Shown here piece by piece: positions 12,167 to 24,119 of a DNA stretch of 64,000 nt; the stretch's first letter is position 1; the number at the start of each line of letters is the position of its first letter. The position numbers and the translations under genes were made by a program. Below the pieces are notes generated by a model. The model had not been told where the DNA came from. It searched no databases and saw only the letters and a list, made by a program, of their open reading frames with translations. Source of the DNA: Anolis carolinensis (Eukaryota); assembly GCF_035594765.1 (NCBI RefSeq), contig NC_085842.1, positions 9,609,256-9,673,255 on the forward strand, read 5' to 3'.

Positions 12167-13155
12167 TTGATGCAGCCCAGAAGGTCTCCACTAAAAAGGC
12201 TTACACTTATAAGTGGTCCCGCTTCAAGTCCTTTGTTTCACCTTTAGGGGTTGATCCTCTTTCCGCCCCTACGTCAACGGTATTAGACTTCCTTGTTTAC
12301 CTCTCGGAGAGGGGTATGTCCCTGTCTTCAATTAAATGTTACGTTGCATCGCTCTCTTGGTTTCGGAGGAAGGTTGGCCAACCATCCCTTTTTCAAGACC
12401 CTTTAGTGCAACTTTTCTTAAAAGGGTACAAAAATATACATCCGCCTATGTCTATGCCCCCTCCGGCCTGGAGCCTCGAACTGGTGCTGTCACAACTGTC
12501 GAAGCCGCCCTTTGAGCCCATGGCTTCCATCGATCTAGCACATCTGTCATGGAAGACAGCGTTTTTGGTGGCAATTACGTCCGCCAGAAGGGCTAGTGAG
12601 CTCACTGCCCTCCGGGCGGACTCTCCATACATCCGCTTCCATGAGGACAAAGTCGTTCTACGGACGGATGCGACATTTTTACCTAAAGTTGTTTCACAGT
12701 TTCACATTTGTCAAGACATTGTCTTACCATCTTTTTTTCCAAAGCCAGCCTCTGCATTAGAGATTGCCTTACACGCTTTGGATGTCAAGAGAGCCCTGTT
12801 ATATTACATTCATAGGACGGCTCCTCACAGGAAGTCGCCTAGACTTTTCCTTAAATACAGGAAGGACGAGCTTGGTCTCCCAGTAACCTCTCAGAGGTTA
12901 GCGTCCTGGATTACCTCCACGATTCGTCTAGCCTATCAACTGGCAGGCAAGGAACATCCACACCAGATTGTTGCGCACTCCACAAGGGCGCTATCCACGT
13001 CTCAAGCTTTCCTTCGGGGCATACCTTTGGATGTCATCTGTAAAGCGGCCACGTGGTCGACTCCGTCCACCTTCGCCGCTCACTACAAGATGGATGTCCA
13101 GGAGAAGAAAGATGCTGCCTTTGGGAGAGCCGTGCTGTTTTCCTGCGTGGCATGA
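10906..13155 (+). CDS. DIRS tyrosine recombinase (recognisable domain from about 12140; frame open from 10906)
   Basis: Catalytic residues R (TSARRASEL), HxxR (HSTR), W (ATWS) and Y (FAAHY) are intact. Confidence 0.92.
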   Translation: MLYSISLAGPWPYGQFRKILPYPYPIYYIHRYHHRLQSSKGLPTGGPVHQLTIPGQELARSRSRLSLDHPIYSRPHGFYHSRYRIRSVEDPTTSELVSSIFQPASRVSKQDALPPTASVICPIMVDKAVQCPRRTAVHFAAPSTDAYNGRILSGMGRTLVRSVNSTQMVTSRAATSHKCIGTAGSGKGPEVFFSSGQQASCPDHNGQHDGEILYKQTRGYALSNSPSHHYTDLGVVHSKAHSPIGNPPARKREHLSGCPQQGGVRDSRVASPREGVQIHHPKVGDSSGRPLRISGERSLPTLLRSNAPSRIPRLLRRRLPFLLDARPPLRLPSTSSSDQSCFANHFRQRELHPNSPVVAPPTMVCAAAQGVGRRLCSTSMQRRPPHNSGRPCQASRSVVPPTNSLETETTVHLSDAVRLIVDAAQKVSTKKAYTYKWSRFKSFVSPLGVDPLSAPTSTVLDFLVYLSERGMSLSSIKCYVASLSWFRRKVGQPSLFQDPLVQLFLKGYKNIHPPMSMPPPAWSLELVLSQLSKPPFEPMASIDLAHLSWKTAFLVAITSARRASELTALRADSPYIRFHEDKVVLRTDATFLPKVVSQFHICQDIVLPSFFPKPASALEIALHALDVKRALLYYIHRTAPHRKSPRLFLKYRKDELGLPVTSQRLASWITSTIRLAYQLAGKEHPHQIVAHSTRALSTSQAFLRGIPLDVICKAATWSTPSTFAAHYKMDVQEKKDAAFGRAVLFSCVA

Positions 13156-13184
13156 CCCACCGCCAGGTCAGTAGCTTGCTAGTC

Positions 13185-13282
13185 ACCCATATGTGCGTAT
13201 TTCACAGACTCCACGTAGAAGAAGTATAGGTTGCTTACCTGTAACCGTATTTCTTCGAGTGGAAGTCTGTGAAATTCGCACA
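13185..13282. repeat. DIRS internal complementary region (ICR)
   Basis: 13185-13223 is complementary to the left end 7610-7648 (1 mismatch). 13224-13282 is complementary to the right end 13471-13529 (59 bp). Confidence 0.93.
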
Positions 13283-13342
13283 GCCCCGCCCGTCCTCCCC
13301 GCTGTGTCATGCCTTGTTTTCGACTGCTTTCTGTCGGTTGGA

Positions 13343-13529
13343 AACTGAGGCGAAGCCCCGCCTTCGGGCTTATATAGTCTATGGGGAGATGGGCGGGGCT
13401 TCCGCCAAATTGTCTCTTTTGAAGCTCTAGAATGTTCCGAAAGTCTGCGCAGGCGCAGTTTTAACCCATATGTGCGAATTTCACAGACTTCCACTCGAAG
13501 AAATACGGTTACAGGTAAGCAACCTATAC
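13343..13529 (-). repeat. DIRS right inverted terminal repeat with 3' extension
   Basis: Inverted copy of the left ITR plus an extension ending ggtaagcaacctatac. Confidence 0.92.
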
Positions 13530-14129
13530 CTTATTCTTCTCTTAATATACAAAGATACTCAGAAACACAGTAAGAATGAGTAAGGGCTGTTGGAGAGTGG
13601 CCTAGGCTGCCTCAGGGTGTGGTGGAGTGTCCTTCTCTGGAGGCTTCTCTGCACAGGCTATCTATCGGGAGTGCTTTGATTGTGCCTTCCTGCATGGCAG
13701 GGGCAGGACGGGGTGGCCCTTGGGGGTCTCTTCCGGCTCTAGGGTCCTAGGAGTCCATTCCAGGAGTAGCAACACGGGGTCTCATGGACACGCCTTTCCT
13801 CTCCGTCGACCTCTCATCCTGACCACGGCCAACCCTTTTGGGATCCAACATTTCCTTCCTGCCGAGGAGAAGCCCTTCCTTCTTTCCTCCAAGTTAAACA
13901 CACCCAGTTGTCTCTCTCAGCGCTTCTCTACATCCCGTCTCTGGAGATATTCTGACCTGTCAATATCCGTCTTGAATTGTGGGACCGAGACCTGGAGACA
14001 GGGTCATTCCAGGTGAGTCTGACCAAAGCAGAAGAAAGGAGGCCGTGACTTCCTTGGATATAGACAGAATCCTCCTATCGGGACAGCCTGGAATCACATT
14101 GGCTTTTATAGCTGCTACATCATAATCTG

Positions 14130-15330
14130 TTTTTAAAAATAATTTATATTCAAATACAAGAAAGAAAAACAAATGCATATTTATACAAATTACAAATACA
14201 TTTATTTATTTATTTTAAAAAATCGTACATCCTTTTACAGCAGCCACATTATATTCAGTACAATCTACAATACATTAACATTTGGCATCTACTGTTATTT
14301 TCACGCTTATACAGATTTCTTTCCCTCACCACCGTGTTCCCTCCCCCAAGTCACTTTTTTTATTTATCATCTGTCCAAAATTCCTTTTCATTCCCTCTTG
14401 AGGAGGTAATTCTGTCTTTCTTTTTGAATCCTCTTCCAATACATTTTCTCCAGACATCATCACAACCACTTTGTTTCTAAATCCCTCTCCACGTCAACCT
14501 ATCATTTCTTCCCAGTTTCCATACTTCCTTATACCATTCTTCTATCTCTATATTTATTTCCCTTTTCCAATTCCTTGCTATAAGCTGTCTTGCAATTGTT
14601 AATGCGTTTGTTATCGCATCTTTGTCCTCTTTTTCCAACTGTTTATTATTATATAATGAGAATAAAGCCATGCTAAGACTTCTTTCTATTTGAATGTTCA
14701 TTGTGTCTTCTATCTCTCTTAATACTTCTCCCCAGAAATTATTTATATATTGACACAGCCACCACATATGTATGTTTTTATTTATATTTCCATTTATTTA
14801 TATTGGCATCCTCTCCAGCAATTGTTTGAGTAGTTTTTATTTATATTTCCTATTCTTATGGGTGTGAGGTACCATTTCCATATCAACTAAATAATAATTT
14901 TCTTTAACACATATAGATATATTTTTCAAGTGTCTTTGTGCCCATAATTGTAACCCCTCTGTTTCATTGATTTTCATTCCTATATCTTCTTTCCAAATCT
15001 CTTTGAGGGTGTTATTCTTTACTTTTCCTTTGTTTTTTTTCAATTAATATTTTAGAAATTTTACTGGATATTCCTTTCAAATTTTTATGTTCCTAATCTT
15101 TTCTTTCTTCATTCCAACCTTTAGCCAATCCCCTATTTTATCTAAGTTTTTCCCCTTAATTTTTTTATCCATCATATATATTTTTTATTTTTTGGAAATG
15201 TCTTTTCCATTATAATTGGGGTTATTATTGAGCCATCTGTTATTAACTTTCTCCTGTATTTGTTCCATATTTCTAATGCATTACTCAACATTGGGTTCCC
15301 AGTTTACCTTATTTTTTTATGATTTTGTGA
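14130..15330 (-). mobile_element. Decayed L1-clade LINE 3' portion
   Basis: The minus strand encodes ORF2 C-terminal Cys/His-region motifs (CWRGCQ..HMWWLC, IARNWK) in Lys-rich AT-rich sequence. A related copy lies at about 62200-62400 on the other strand. Confidence 0.65.
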
Positions 15331-15339
15331 TTTCTTCCC

Positions 15340-15430
15340 CTTCCACTTCCTGTTCATGTCTCTTTTGAGTCATAGCCCAGTTAGAAGTTCTTTGGACAAC
15401 AATTCTGGCTTCTTTGCACTTGTCCTATTT
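15340..15430 (-). mobile_element. Short CR1 fragment abutting the ZNF stop codon
   Basis: tgtctcttttgagtc...agaagttctttggaca...ctggcttc...gcacttgt matches the CR1 copy at about 48945-49030. Confidence 0.75.
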
Positions 15431-16795
15431 ATGTGGCTTCTCCCTTGTGTGGGTCCTATGATGGGTACGAAGATGTCCACTACGACTGAAGCTCTTCCCG
15501 CATTCCATGCATTTATATGGTTTCTCCCCTGTGTGGGTTCTTTGATGGGAATGCAGATGTCCGTTCTGACTGAAGCTTTTTCCACATTCCATGCATTTAT
15601 ATGGCTTCTCTCCTGTGTGCATCCTTTGATGGGTACGGAGATCTACAATCCAACTGAAGCTCTTTCCACATTCCATGCATTTATGTGGCTTCTCCCCTGT
15701 GTGCATCCTTTGATGGCTGCGCAGATTTGCACTATCACTGAAGCTCTTTCCACATTCCATGCATTTGTGTGGCTTCTCCCCTGTGTGAATCTTTTGATGG
15801 GTACGAAGATTCGAACTGTTACTGAAGTTCTTTCCACATTCCATGCATTTATGTGGCTTCTCCCCTGTATGGGTTCTTTGATGGGTACGCAGATGTTCAC
15901 CCTGACTGAAGTTCTTTCCACATTCCATGCATTTATGTGGCTTCTCCCCTGTATGCGTCCTTTGATGGGTACGAAGATTCGAACTGAACCTGAAGCTCTT
16001 TCCACATTCCATGCAGTTATGTGGCTTCTCCCCTGTATGGGTTCTTTGATGGGTACGCAGAGCTCCACTTTGACTGAAACTCTTTCCACATTCCACACAT
16101 TTATGTGGCTTCTCTGCTGTGTGGGTCCTTTGATGGGAACGCAGATCTTGACTTTCCCTGAAGTTCTTTCCACATTCCAAGCATTTATGTGGCTTCTCCC
16201 CTGTGTGGGTCCTTTGATGGGTGCGCAGATATCCACTCTGACTGAAGCTCTTTCCACATTCCACACATTTATGTGGCTTCTCCCCTGTGTGGGTCCTTTG
16301 ATGGGTGCGCAGATATCCACTCTGACTGAAGCTCTTTCCACATTCCATGCATTTATGTGGCTTCTCTCCTGTGTGGGTCCTTTGATGGGAACGCAGATTT
16401 CCACTTTCACTGAAGGCTTTCCCACATTCCATGCATTTATGTGGCTTCTCCCCTGTGTGAGTCTTTTGATGGGTATGAAGATTTGAACTGTTAATGAAGT
16501 TCTTTCCACATTCCATGCATTTGTGTGGCTTTTCCCCTGTGTGGGTCCTTTGATGGGTGCGCAGATTTCCACTTTCACTGAAGGCTTTCCCACATTCCAT
16601 GCATTTGTGTGGCTTCTCCCCTGTGTGCATCCTTTGATGGATACGCAGATGTCCACTCTGACTGAAGCTCTTTCCACATTCCACACATTTATATGGCTTC
16701 TCTCCTGTGTGAATTCGTTGATGTGTAGTAAGAGAACTTTTCCCAATGAAACATTTCCCACAGTCCATACATTTATGTAGCTTCTCCTTTTCCAT
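15425..16795 (-). CDS. C2H2 zinc-finger protein, 16 intact fingers, no effector domain (paralog A)
   Basis: 456-aa ORF of 8 aa + 16x28 aa. The ATG is in agaATGG context with an in-frame TAA at 16799-16801. Acceptor AG at 17061-17062; putative exon-1 donor at 24407-24408. Confidence 0.9.
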   Translation of the reverse strand: MEKEKLHKCMDCGKCFIGKSSLTTHQRIHTGEKPYKCVECGKSFSQSGHLRIHQRMHTGEKPHKCMECGKAFSESGNLRTHQRTHTGEKPHKCMECGKNFINSSNLHTHQKTHTGEKPHKCMECGKAFSESGNLRSHQRTHTGEKPHKCMECGKSFSQSGYLRTHQRTHTGEKPHKCVECGKSFSQSGYLRTHQRTHTGEKPHKCLECGKNFRESQDLRSHQRTHTAEKPHKCVECGKSFSQSGALRTHQRTHTGEKPHNCMECGKSFRFSSNLRTHQRTHTGEKPHKCMECGKNFSQGEHLRTHQRTHTGEKPHKCMECGKNFSNSSNLRTHQKIHTGEKPHKCMECGKSFSDSANLRSHQRMHTGEKPHKCMECGKSFSWIVDLRTHQRMHTGEKPYKCMECGKSFSQNGHLHSHQRTHTGEKPYKCMECGKSFSRSGHLRTHHRTHTREKPHK

Positions 16796-19289
16796 TCTTT
16801 AACATTTATTATTCAAATATTATAGCAGAAGTTGATATTTACTACTAAACAGTCTTTGTAAAGCAGAAGTCTTCTTTTCTCTCTACCAACCACTCTTTTT
16901 AAAGCACAGTCCGCTCTTTCCTCCTTGATTACACAACAGGTATGTAGCTTGAAATATAATTTCTCCAACTTATTTCTTGTTCTTGTCAGTGCTGTGTGCT
17001 TTCTTTTCAGACCTAAGGCAAAGGGCAAAGTGTTCTTCACAATGTTCATTCAGAGGTTGCCTGCCAGAGAAATGAGAGAAAAATCCTATCAGGAGCAGAG
17101 CACAGAAATATCTCATTGGACATGAAGAACAGTCGCCTAATGCTGTAGCAAACGCAAGAAAAGAGGGGAGAAAGATTGGCCCAACTGAGAAGAACCCGTT
17201 GTCTGGTGAGAAGTGGTTTAACACTTGGTCAACAAAGAACAATCTCAACAAAGGTGATAGGCTCTCAAGGTTCTGTGTATGAGATTTTTTTTTTTGCACT
17301 GCAATGTGTTAAGTGTGTAATTCAACCTGAGTGTAATGAACACAAAAAGGGGCTAAGTTTGAAAAGTTCCCAACTCAGAACTTGAGCAACACTTGTACAG
17401 ACAGCGCATTGTGTAGCTTGTGGCACCAGATAAATGGTCCCCCAATTAACCAGAGAGTTTGTTGATCACATTAACAAGTACCATGGTTTTCTCCTTACAA
17501 TAATTGCAGGGTCCAATTTGCCTCCTGGTTTTGGAGAGGGCTCTTGAGTCTACTGGGAGGACAGCCAGCTCCGAGTCCTGCTTGTTGCCCTCAAACGTAT
17601 TGGCCCAACTGAAAGCGTCAAGCAGGTGCTTCAGCCACACTTGCATGACTGCTTTCATTGCCAACAAGATGACTGGTTGGGCCTGCTTACTTTTGCTGGG
17701 ATGGCTCAGAATAGGCTTCTAATTCGATGTAGCTGTTTATTTTTTACTAGTGTCAATATTTAACTTTGATGTATGTGTTTTTGGCTTTAAATGATATGCT
17801 GTGTTGCTTTTATTGTTAACGGTTTTGGGTCTCCTTTTAAGACAGAGAAAGCGGGATAGAAATAATGATGATGATGATGATGTAAATTGCAAGGCTGGAC
17901 CTTTGCCTTCTGAAACCCTTTGGCCTTCACTGACCCTTGCGACCATCCCCTTTGACCCCTGGCATTGTGAGACTGGGCACTGAAGGTCAGAGATGCCTGG
18001 CCTCGCACGGAAGAGGCACCGGAGGAGGGCAAGGAGACTTGCAGGAAACGTCCAGAGGGAAAAGGAGGGGCAAGTGGGAATTTGAGCCCTCTGCAATCTG
18101 TAGAGGTGCCTACAATTTTTAAAAGCACGGCTCCCAAATATATTGTTCCCTTTGTGCTCAAAAGCGCAATCCATTCTCTAGATGCCGAATTGGACCTCTT
18201 CAAAAATGATATCCATTCATCCAGACCAAACTGGATTTCTGTCAGGGAGGACACTGGCAGATTCCACAAGGAGAGCATGAAATACAATGTCTAAGAGTCA
18301 GTTCTTTGGGTGGAGGGGGGGGGGTCTTCCTTTCCCCTTCCCTCCTTGATCTGAACCCCCCCTCCCTCCCTCCCTCCCTCCCTCCCCCCTTTGCCCCCTC
18401 CAAGAGGAACTCTCCCCACAAAAGCCTCCTCTGGGGCCCCTCCCTCTCTCCTCCCAAATGCCCCCTTCAAGGCCTCCCCACTCAATAGGTTTCTTGAGAC
18501 AGGAAACGGGGAGGAACAGAACTTGAGTCACCAAATTAGGATCAAGACTGATATCCAGAAGCGCTGCCCATCCCTGGCTTCCTCTGGGCCCCCTCCTTTC
18601 ATCTTCCAGTGGGGAAGGGAACGGATCCAGCCCCAAATCCCTGCCATTCCTTAGGCCATTCGAGCCAGAGAGGGGTCCTGGTCCACACTCACACTGAGGC
18701 TTTAACGTGGGAAGCGGACACAATTCTGGACAATGTAGTTTGGGATGAGGCCACAGGCTGAATTCCATAATTTCCCAGAATTCCCCTGACTGCCTTGTGC
18801 CTTCTCCTCCCTAAAGGTTTTGTTGGGGGAAAACTGGTGTTCATTCTCTAAAGGGATTTTGAGATAGAAAGGATTTGTTGGGAGTTGAATCAACCCTGCG
18901 AGGGAAGCCAAGTTGAGAGGCAGTAACTCCAAAGCTGACCTAATAATCATAATAGGAAACTTACTAGGTCATAAAATCCACGATTCTGTGATTCTATGAC
19001 CTAGTAGGTTTCCTATTGTTGTTGTTGTTCTTGTTGTTGCTGTTGTTATTTCAAAGGCTGAATGGGCATCTGTTGGGGTGGTTTGTGCTTTTCCTTCCTG
19101 GCATAAGGACTGGACAGGATGGCCTTTCGGGTCTTCCAGTGAAATAGTACTGTTAAGTTTATGTTGATTAAAATTCTATAATAATAAGTGGATGTGCAAA
19201 TCATTAAAAACGGAAATTCAAAGATATCGCTCTTGTAGTTTTTTTTAAAAAAAGGTTGCTCATAAAAACTTTTTAAAATTTCCCAAAAT

Positions 19290-19868
19290 CAGGAAGCAGC
19301 CAGGCTTTGAGCTGCAAGGCAATTAAATATCAATCAAGGTAATTAATTACAACATTCACACCTGCCTCCAACAGGCAAGAGTTCTTTCTCCCACCCTGGA
19401 CCTTCCACAGATCTATAAACCTCCCTTGCCTCGTTTCCAACATACAGTAGAATCTCACTTATCCAAGCCTCGCTTATCCAAGCCTCTGGATTATCCAAGC
19501 CATTTTTGTAGTCAATGTTTTCAATATATCATGATATTTTGGTGCTAAAGTTGTAAATACAGTAACTACAACATAACATTACTGTGTATTGAACTACTTT
19601 TTCTGTCAAATTTGTTGTATAACATGATGTTTTGGTGCTTAATTTGTAAAATCATAACCGAATTTGATGTCTAATAGGCTTTTCCTTAATCCCTCCTTAT
19701 TATCCAAGATATTCGCTTATCCAAGCTTCTGCTGGCCCATTTAGCTTGGATAAGTGAGACTCTACTGTACCTCACACCTCTCAGGATGCCTGCCACAGAT
19801 GTGGGCAAAACGGCAGGAGAGAAAGCTTCTGGAACATGGTCATGCAGCCCGAAAAACTCACAGCAACT
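19290..19868 (+). mobile_element. Penelope-like element 3' repeat, interrupted by a MITE
   Basis: aggaagcagccaggctttga...gagttctttctcccaccc...ggatgcctgccacagatgtgggc; related to 57050-57220 on the minus strand. Confidence 0.65.
19445..19767. mobile_element. Complete Tigger-derived MITE (323 bp)
   Basis: TIRs cagtagaatctcacttatccaag / cttggataagtgagactctactg with TA on both sides. The body matches 2935-3198. Confidence 0.92.
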
Positions 19869-19959
19869 ACCCCCCCAACCCCCCCCCCCCCAAAGTAATT
19901 GATATAATGATATACACTGTTACGCTATTGCAATGAACAGGAATATTTAACTGATACAG

Positions 19960-20415
19960 ACAAACAGGCTGAGCATAGCTGGCTAAACCACTGTATGATG
20001 CAGAAAAATCATGCTGATTGAAAGGTCGGGAGTTTGAGGCCGGGTTGGGGTGAGCACCCATTGTTAGTCCCAGCTCTCCTGACCAGCTAGCAGGTCGAAA
20101 GCCGAAATGTGAGTAGATAAATAGGTACCGTTTTTAGCAGGAAGGTAATCAAGGAGCCTTTAAGGACATTGATCGGGAGGAAGCTCCTTGGCATGGAAGA
20201 TGGAGCAACAGCATTCCCCCCCCCCCCCATGACCAGCGTCGAGCACACCCTCCAAGATGCCAGAAATAAGATGTGAAAAAACTGTCTTTACCTCTGTGTC
20301 TGTCCTTGTCAATTGTACAATCAGGCACTGGATGTTTGCCGGATGTGTGTTCTGTAAAGCTGCTCTGAGTCCCCTTTGGGGCGAGAAGGACGAGGTATAA
20401 ATACTGAAAAGATAA
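19960..20415 (+). mobile_element. Sauria-type SINE (older, diverged)
   Basis: Degenerate tRNA-like head, core agtagataaataggtacc, and tail gctgctctgagtcccctttggggcgagaagg. Confidence 0.7.
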
Positions 20416-20649
20416 GACAAGCAATTGAACCAAGATCAAACACAAGAAGATGACTGAAGAAGAAAGACAGGATTATTAGGTTCTAAAATAATGGACAATA
20501 ATATAGAAGATAGATAAACTTTTTTTGGGGGGGGAGAGATTCTTTTTAGTAGTTTAAGCAATGGATGTCAGAGTGTAGTGAAGGTTGGACTTGAATGACT
20601 CAGTCCATTGGCCAAGTACCAACACTGCTTAGAGCTGTTTGTTGTTGTT

Positions 20650-22330
20650 GTTGTTGTTGTTATAATTATTATACCCCACTGTATCTTCCCAAAGGGGACT
20701 CCAAGCGGCTTGATATAAAGGCATTAGTATACAATTTAACATATACAAATATATAAATATTAAAACAGAATTAAATACAAACAGCACTAAAAAATTCAGT
20801 TAATATCCATCAAAAGCACTCAAAGTTAAAAACCACAGCACCCCCTGACTTGATCTTACCATCTTTCATCTTCAAAAGCCTGCCTGAATGGAAAGGTTTT
20901 AGCCTGTCGCCAGAAAGGCAAGAGGGAGGGGGCTGTACAGGTGTGTGACAGGGATGGAATCCTTTTGATCCCACCACACAGTTACCACCAATTATAAAGA
21001 TGTCCTGATGATGATGTTAATTATATTATTATGTATTAATTATCTTCTCTCAAGACTAACTAAAAACTGATCCTCTTGGATCCACTGGGATTAATTTCCC
21101 CTAATCCACAGCCTCTACAAATGACCCTAAACAAGTCACCTAACTTGCTTAGTCTGGCCTATTAGAGGTCTGCCTCCCTGGTTTCCTTAAACTTGGAACC
21201 AGTCTGTCCCCTGTGACTAGAAATCACAGACTAAGATCCAAACTTCCCTGGTTTCCTTAAACTTGGAACCAGTCCGTTCCCTGTGACTAGAAATCACAGA
21301 CTAAGATCCAAACTTCCCTGGTTTCCTTAAACTTGGAACCAGTCTGTTCCCTGTGACTAGAAATCACAGACTAAAACTGCGCTTTTAAACATTCTCTCTT
21401 TTCTTTTCCAAACGGTGGTTGGCTCCGCCCCCGTTGTCATGGCAACCTGTCATAATGCTGAGCTGGCTACCTTCTGGCATTATTAGCTCCAATACTTACC
21501 ATTTTAAACTTAACCAAACCTGACTGTTTAAACAAAATCAAATAAACATGTCATCTATACACAAAATAAAAATACACACTTCTTTACAGGGGCCTTTCTG
21601 ACTTCCCCAGGCAATGAGTTCCAGAGTTCAGGGGCATTTCCCACAGAGAAGACCCGCTCTCTCGTTCCCACCAACCACGCATGAGAGGGAAGGGTCTCCT
21701 CTGAGGAGCTCAGGGCCCAGGCAGGTTCATACAAGGGGGTGCCGTCAGTCGAACAGCCTGGACCTGAACCATTGAGGGCTTGAAAGGTCATCACCAGCCC
21801 TTTGAACTGTGCCCGGTAACAGACTGGCAGCCGGTGGAGCTGCTGCATCAAGGGGGATGTCCGCTCCCTGCCGCCAACCCTGGTGAGCAACCTGGCTGCC
21901 GCTCTTGGACCAGGTGAAGTTTCCAGTCATTCTTCAGAGGCAGCCCCAAGTAGAGCGCGTTACAATCATCCGGGCAGGACGTAAGGCATGTACCACCGTG
22001 GCCAGATCGGGCTTCTCAAGGAACAGGTGCAGCTGGGACACAGGTTTTAATTGTGCCAAGAATGCCCCCCTGGCCACTCCCAACGCCTGGGCCTCCAGGT
22101 TCAGTGCCAAGTCCAGGAGGAACCCCAAAGGACAGACCTGTGTCTTCAGGGGAAGATGACCCCACCCAGCACAGGCCGGATCCCTATTCCTTGATGCTCC
22201 ATCCGACTGACCAGGAGCACCTCTGTCTTGTCTGGATTCAGTTTCAATTTATTTGCGCTCATCCAATCCACTACTGTTGACAGGCACTGGTTTAGGGTCA
22301 GGACAGCTTCCTTGGCAGATTCAGGAGTGA
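20650..22330 (-). mobile_element. L2 LINE 3' fragment (contains a solo LTR at 20934-21588)
   Basis: Minus-strand WMSANKLKLNPDKTEVL, LEAQ..VARGAFLAQLK, QQLHRLPV and APELWNSLP. Confidence 0.8.
20934..21588 (-). mobile_element. Solo LTR (655 bp) with an internal tandem repeat of about 70 bp x3
   Basis: TGTACAG...CTTTACA termini with a 5-bp TSD ggggc at 20929-20933 and 21589-21593. Homologous to 31772-32723. Confidence 0.88.
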
Positions 22331-23278
22331 GCATACGACACCTCTCCTGAAGTCACTCCACTGGCTGCCAATCAGTTTCCGGGGCAAAGGACCAAGTGTT
22401 GGTTTTGACCTTTAAAGCCCTCCATGGTTTGGGTCCAGGTTACCTACAGGATCGCTCTCTCCTGGTCAATCGCCCCCAACACTGAGGTCCCCGGGGGGGG
22501 GGCAACTTCCCCATAACCTGACTGGCTGTTATTTATTTATTTCCCTCATTTCTATCCCGCCCTTCTCACCCAAAGGGACTCAGGGCGGCTCACAGTCTGG
22601 CAAAAATTCAATGCCAATATACAATACAAAAAGATAAAACACAAGCAATGAAAACAATTGGATAATTTAACAAAATACAATAAATACATTGAAAACAATA
22701 GAATATAAAATACTTGAACCATTCATCTGCAAAGCCTTGTACATGAACCTTAATCCAGACCGAGTCGAAGCCAACAGAATTCTCTCACCAAACGCCTGCT
22801 CACAAAGCCAAGCCTTCCCTTTCCCCCCAAAACTCAGAAGGGACGGAGCCTGCTGGATATCACTGGGGAGGGAACCCCACAGCCCAGGACCCACCGAGAG
22901 CAGGGCCTCCCCAGAGGATCTTCAAGTTCTCGCAGGCTCATGGGAGGAGAGAGGATTTATTCCAAGGGGATCGTGGTCTCCTCAGGCCGGACGGTGGAGC
23001 CGGAGGGGCAGGAGGGAGGGAGAAGCCAGACAAGGGGCAAGACAAGAACCCCTCCCTCTTGCAAAAGGGTCCCATAAACAGGATGATGGACGGGGCAGAA
23101 CGGGAAAGGCAGCCGAAGAAGAAGCAGAGAGGGCTTGGCAGTAATATCTCGCGATGCGCAAGGGAAGGCGGTCTGTAAAGGCAGGAGAATGTCTGGATTG
23201 GGGGGGGGGGGTTGTGGCCTGTCTTTGAGGGGCAGAGGAAGGGCCAGAGGGGCAGGAGAGGGCGAGGGGTGCAAGGAG

Positions 23279-23755
23279 CCGGGCTGTGGCGCAGCTGGCT
23301 AGTAACCAGCTGCTATAAATCACTACTGACTGAGAGGTCATGAGTTCGAAGCCCGGGTCGGGTTAAGCCTCCGACCATTAATAGCCCCGGCTTGCTGTTG
23401 ACCTATGCAGCCCCGAAAGACAGTTGCACCTGTCAATCAGGGAAATTTAGGGACGCTTTATGCGGGAGGCTAATTTACAACCCCATAAAGCTGCCAGCAA
23501 AACACGAGGAAAGGAATGAGGAAGCACAGCCACTACTGGACGGTGAAGCAACAGCTCCCCCTGTGGCCAGAATTGTGAAGCTGGAAAAAATGTTAAAAAT
23601 GCATCTGTGTCTGTCTAAAACTGAATGTTGTTTGTCTGTTGGCATTGAATGTTTGCCATGTATGTGTTCATTGTAATCCGCCCTGAGTCCCCTTCGGGGT
23701 GAGAAAGAAGGGCGGAATATAAATACTGCAAATAAATAAATGAATAAATAAATAA
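23279..23755 (+). mobile_element. Sauria-type SINE, full length
   Basis: gggctgtggcgcagctgg (A box), gagttcgaagccc (B box) and an (AAAT)n tail. Possible TSD aaggag. Confidence 0.85.
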
Positions 23756-24119
23756 GGAGGCCTTGCCCGGGGGGGGGGGGATGGAGAAAGGCCGGGCAGG
23801 AGCGGGAGGGAGGGAGGGAGGGGGAGCCCCAGGCCAGGCCCTTCTCCCCGGACTTGCTCGCCCCTTGAAAGGGCTTCTGTGGGGCCGGACTCTTGGCAGG
23901 GCCTGGGCCTCGCGAGGAAGGAAGGAAGGAAGGAAGGGTCGTGGCGGACTCAAGGGACCCGGGTGCTGCCCTCTCTCCCAGGACCTGATCCGGGTCACCT
24001 GGCTGCCTGGAGTCACATCATTTCACTCTTTTCTTCTTTTCTTGTATGATGATGATATCCTGGTCGTGATCCTGCCAGTCGTGTAAGCCGCCTTGAGTCC
24101 CCTCGGGGAGAAGGGCGGG

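Larger units (their letters stand above)
7610..13529 (+). mobile_element. DIRS1-type tyrosine-recombinase retrotransposon, near full length
   Basis: Inverted terminal repeats, an internal complementary region, and gag-like, RT/RNase H/MTase and YR ORFs in canonical order. No TSD. Confidence 0.97.

Noticed and set aside
15356-16780. Long antisense and alternative-frame ORFs over the ZNF arrays (also 3921-4691, 32676-33977, 53330-53746)
   Set aside because: Expected by-product of repeating an 84-bp unit that lacks stops in other frames; no independent coding signal.
18500-18830. Possible decayed SCAN/KRAB exon in the intron of paralog A
   Set aside because: Only short chance-like peptides; the core SCAN/KRAB motifs are absent.
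23279-23370. tRNA gene
   Set aside because: The A/B boxes belong to a SINE head continuing into SINE body and tail; no full cloverleaf.
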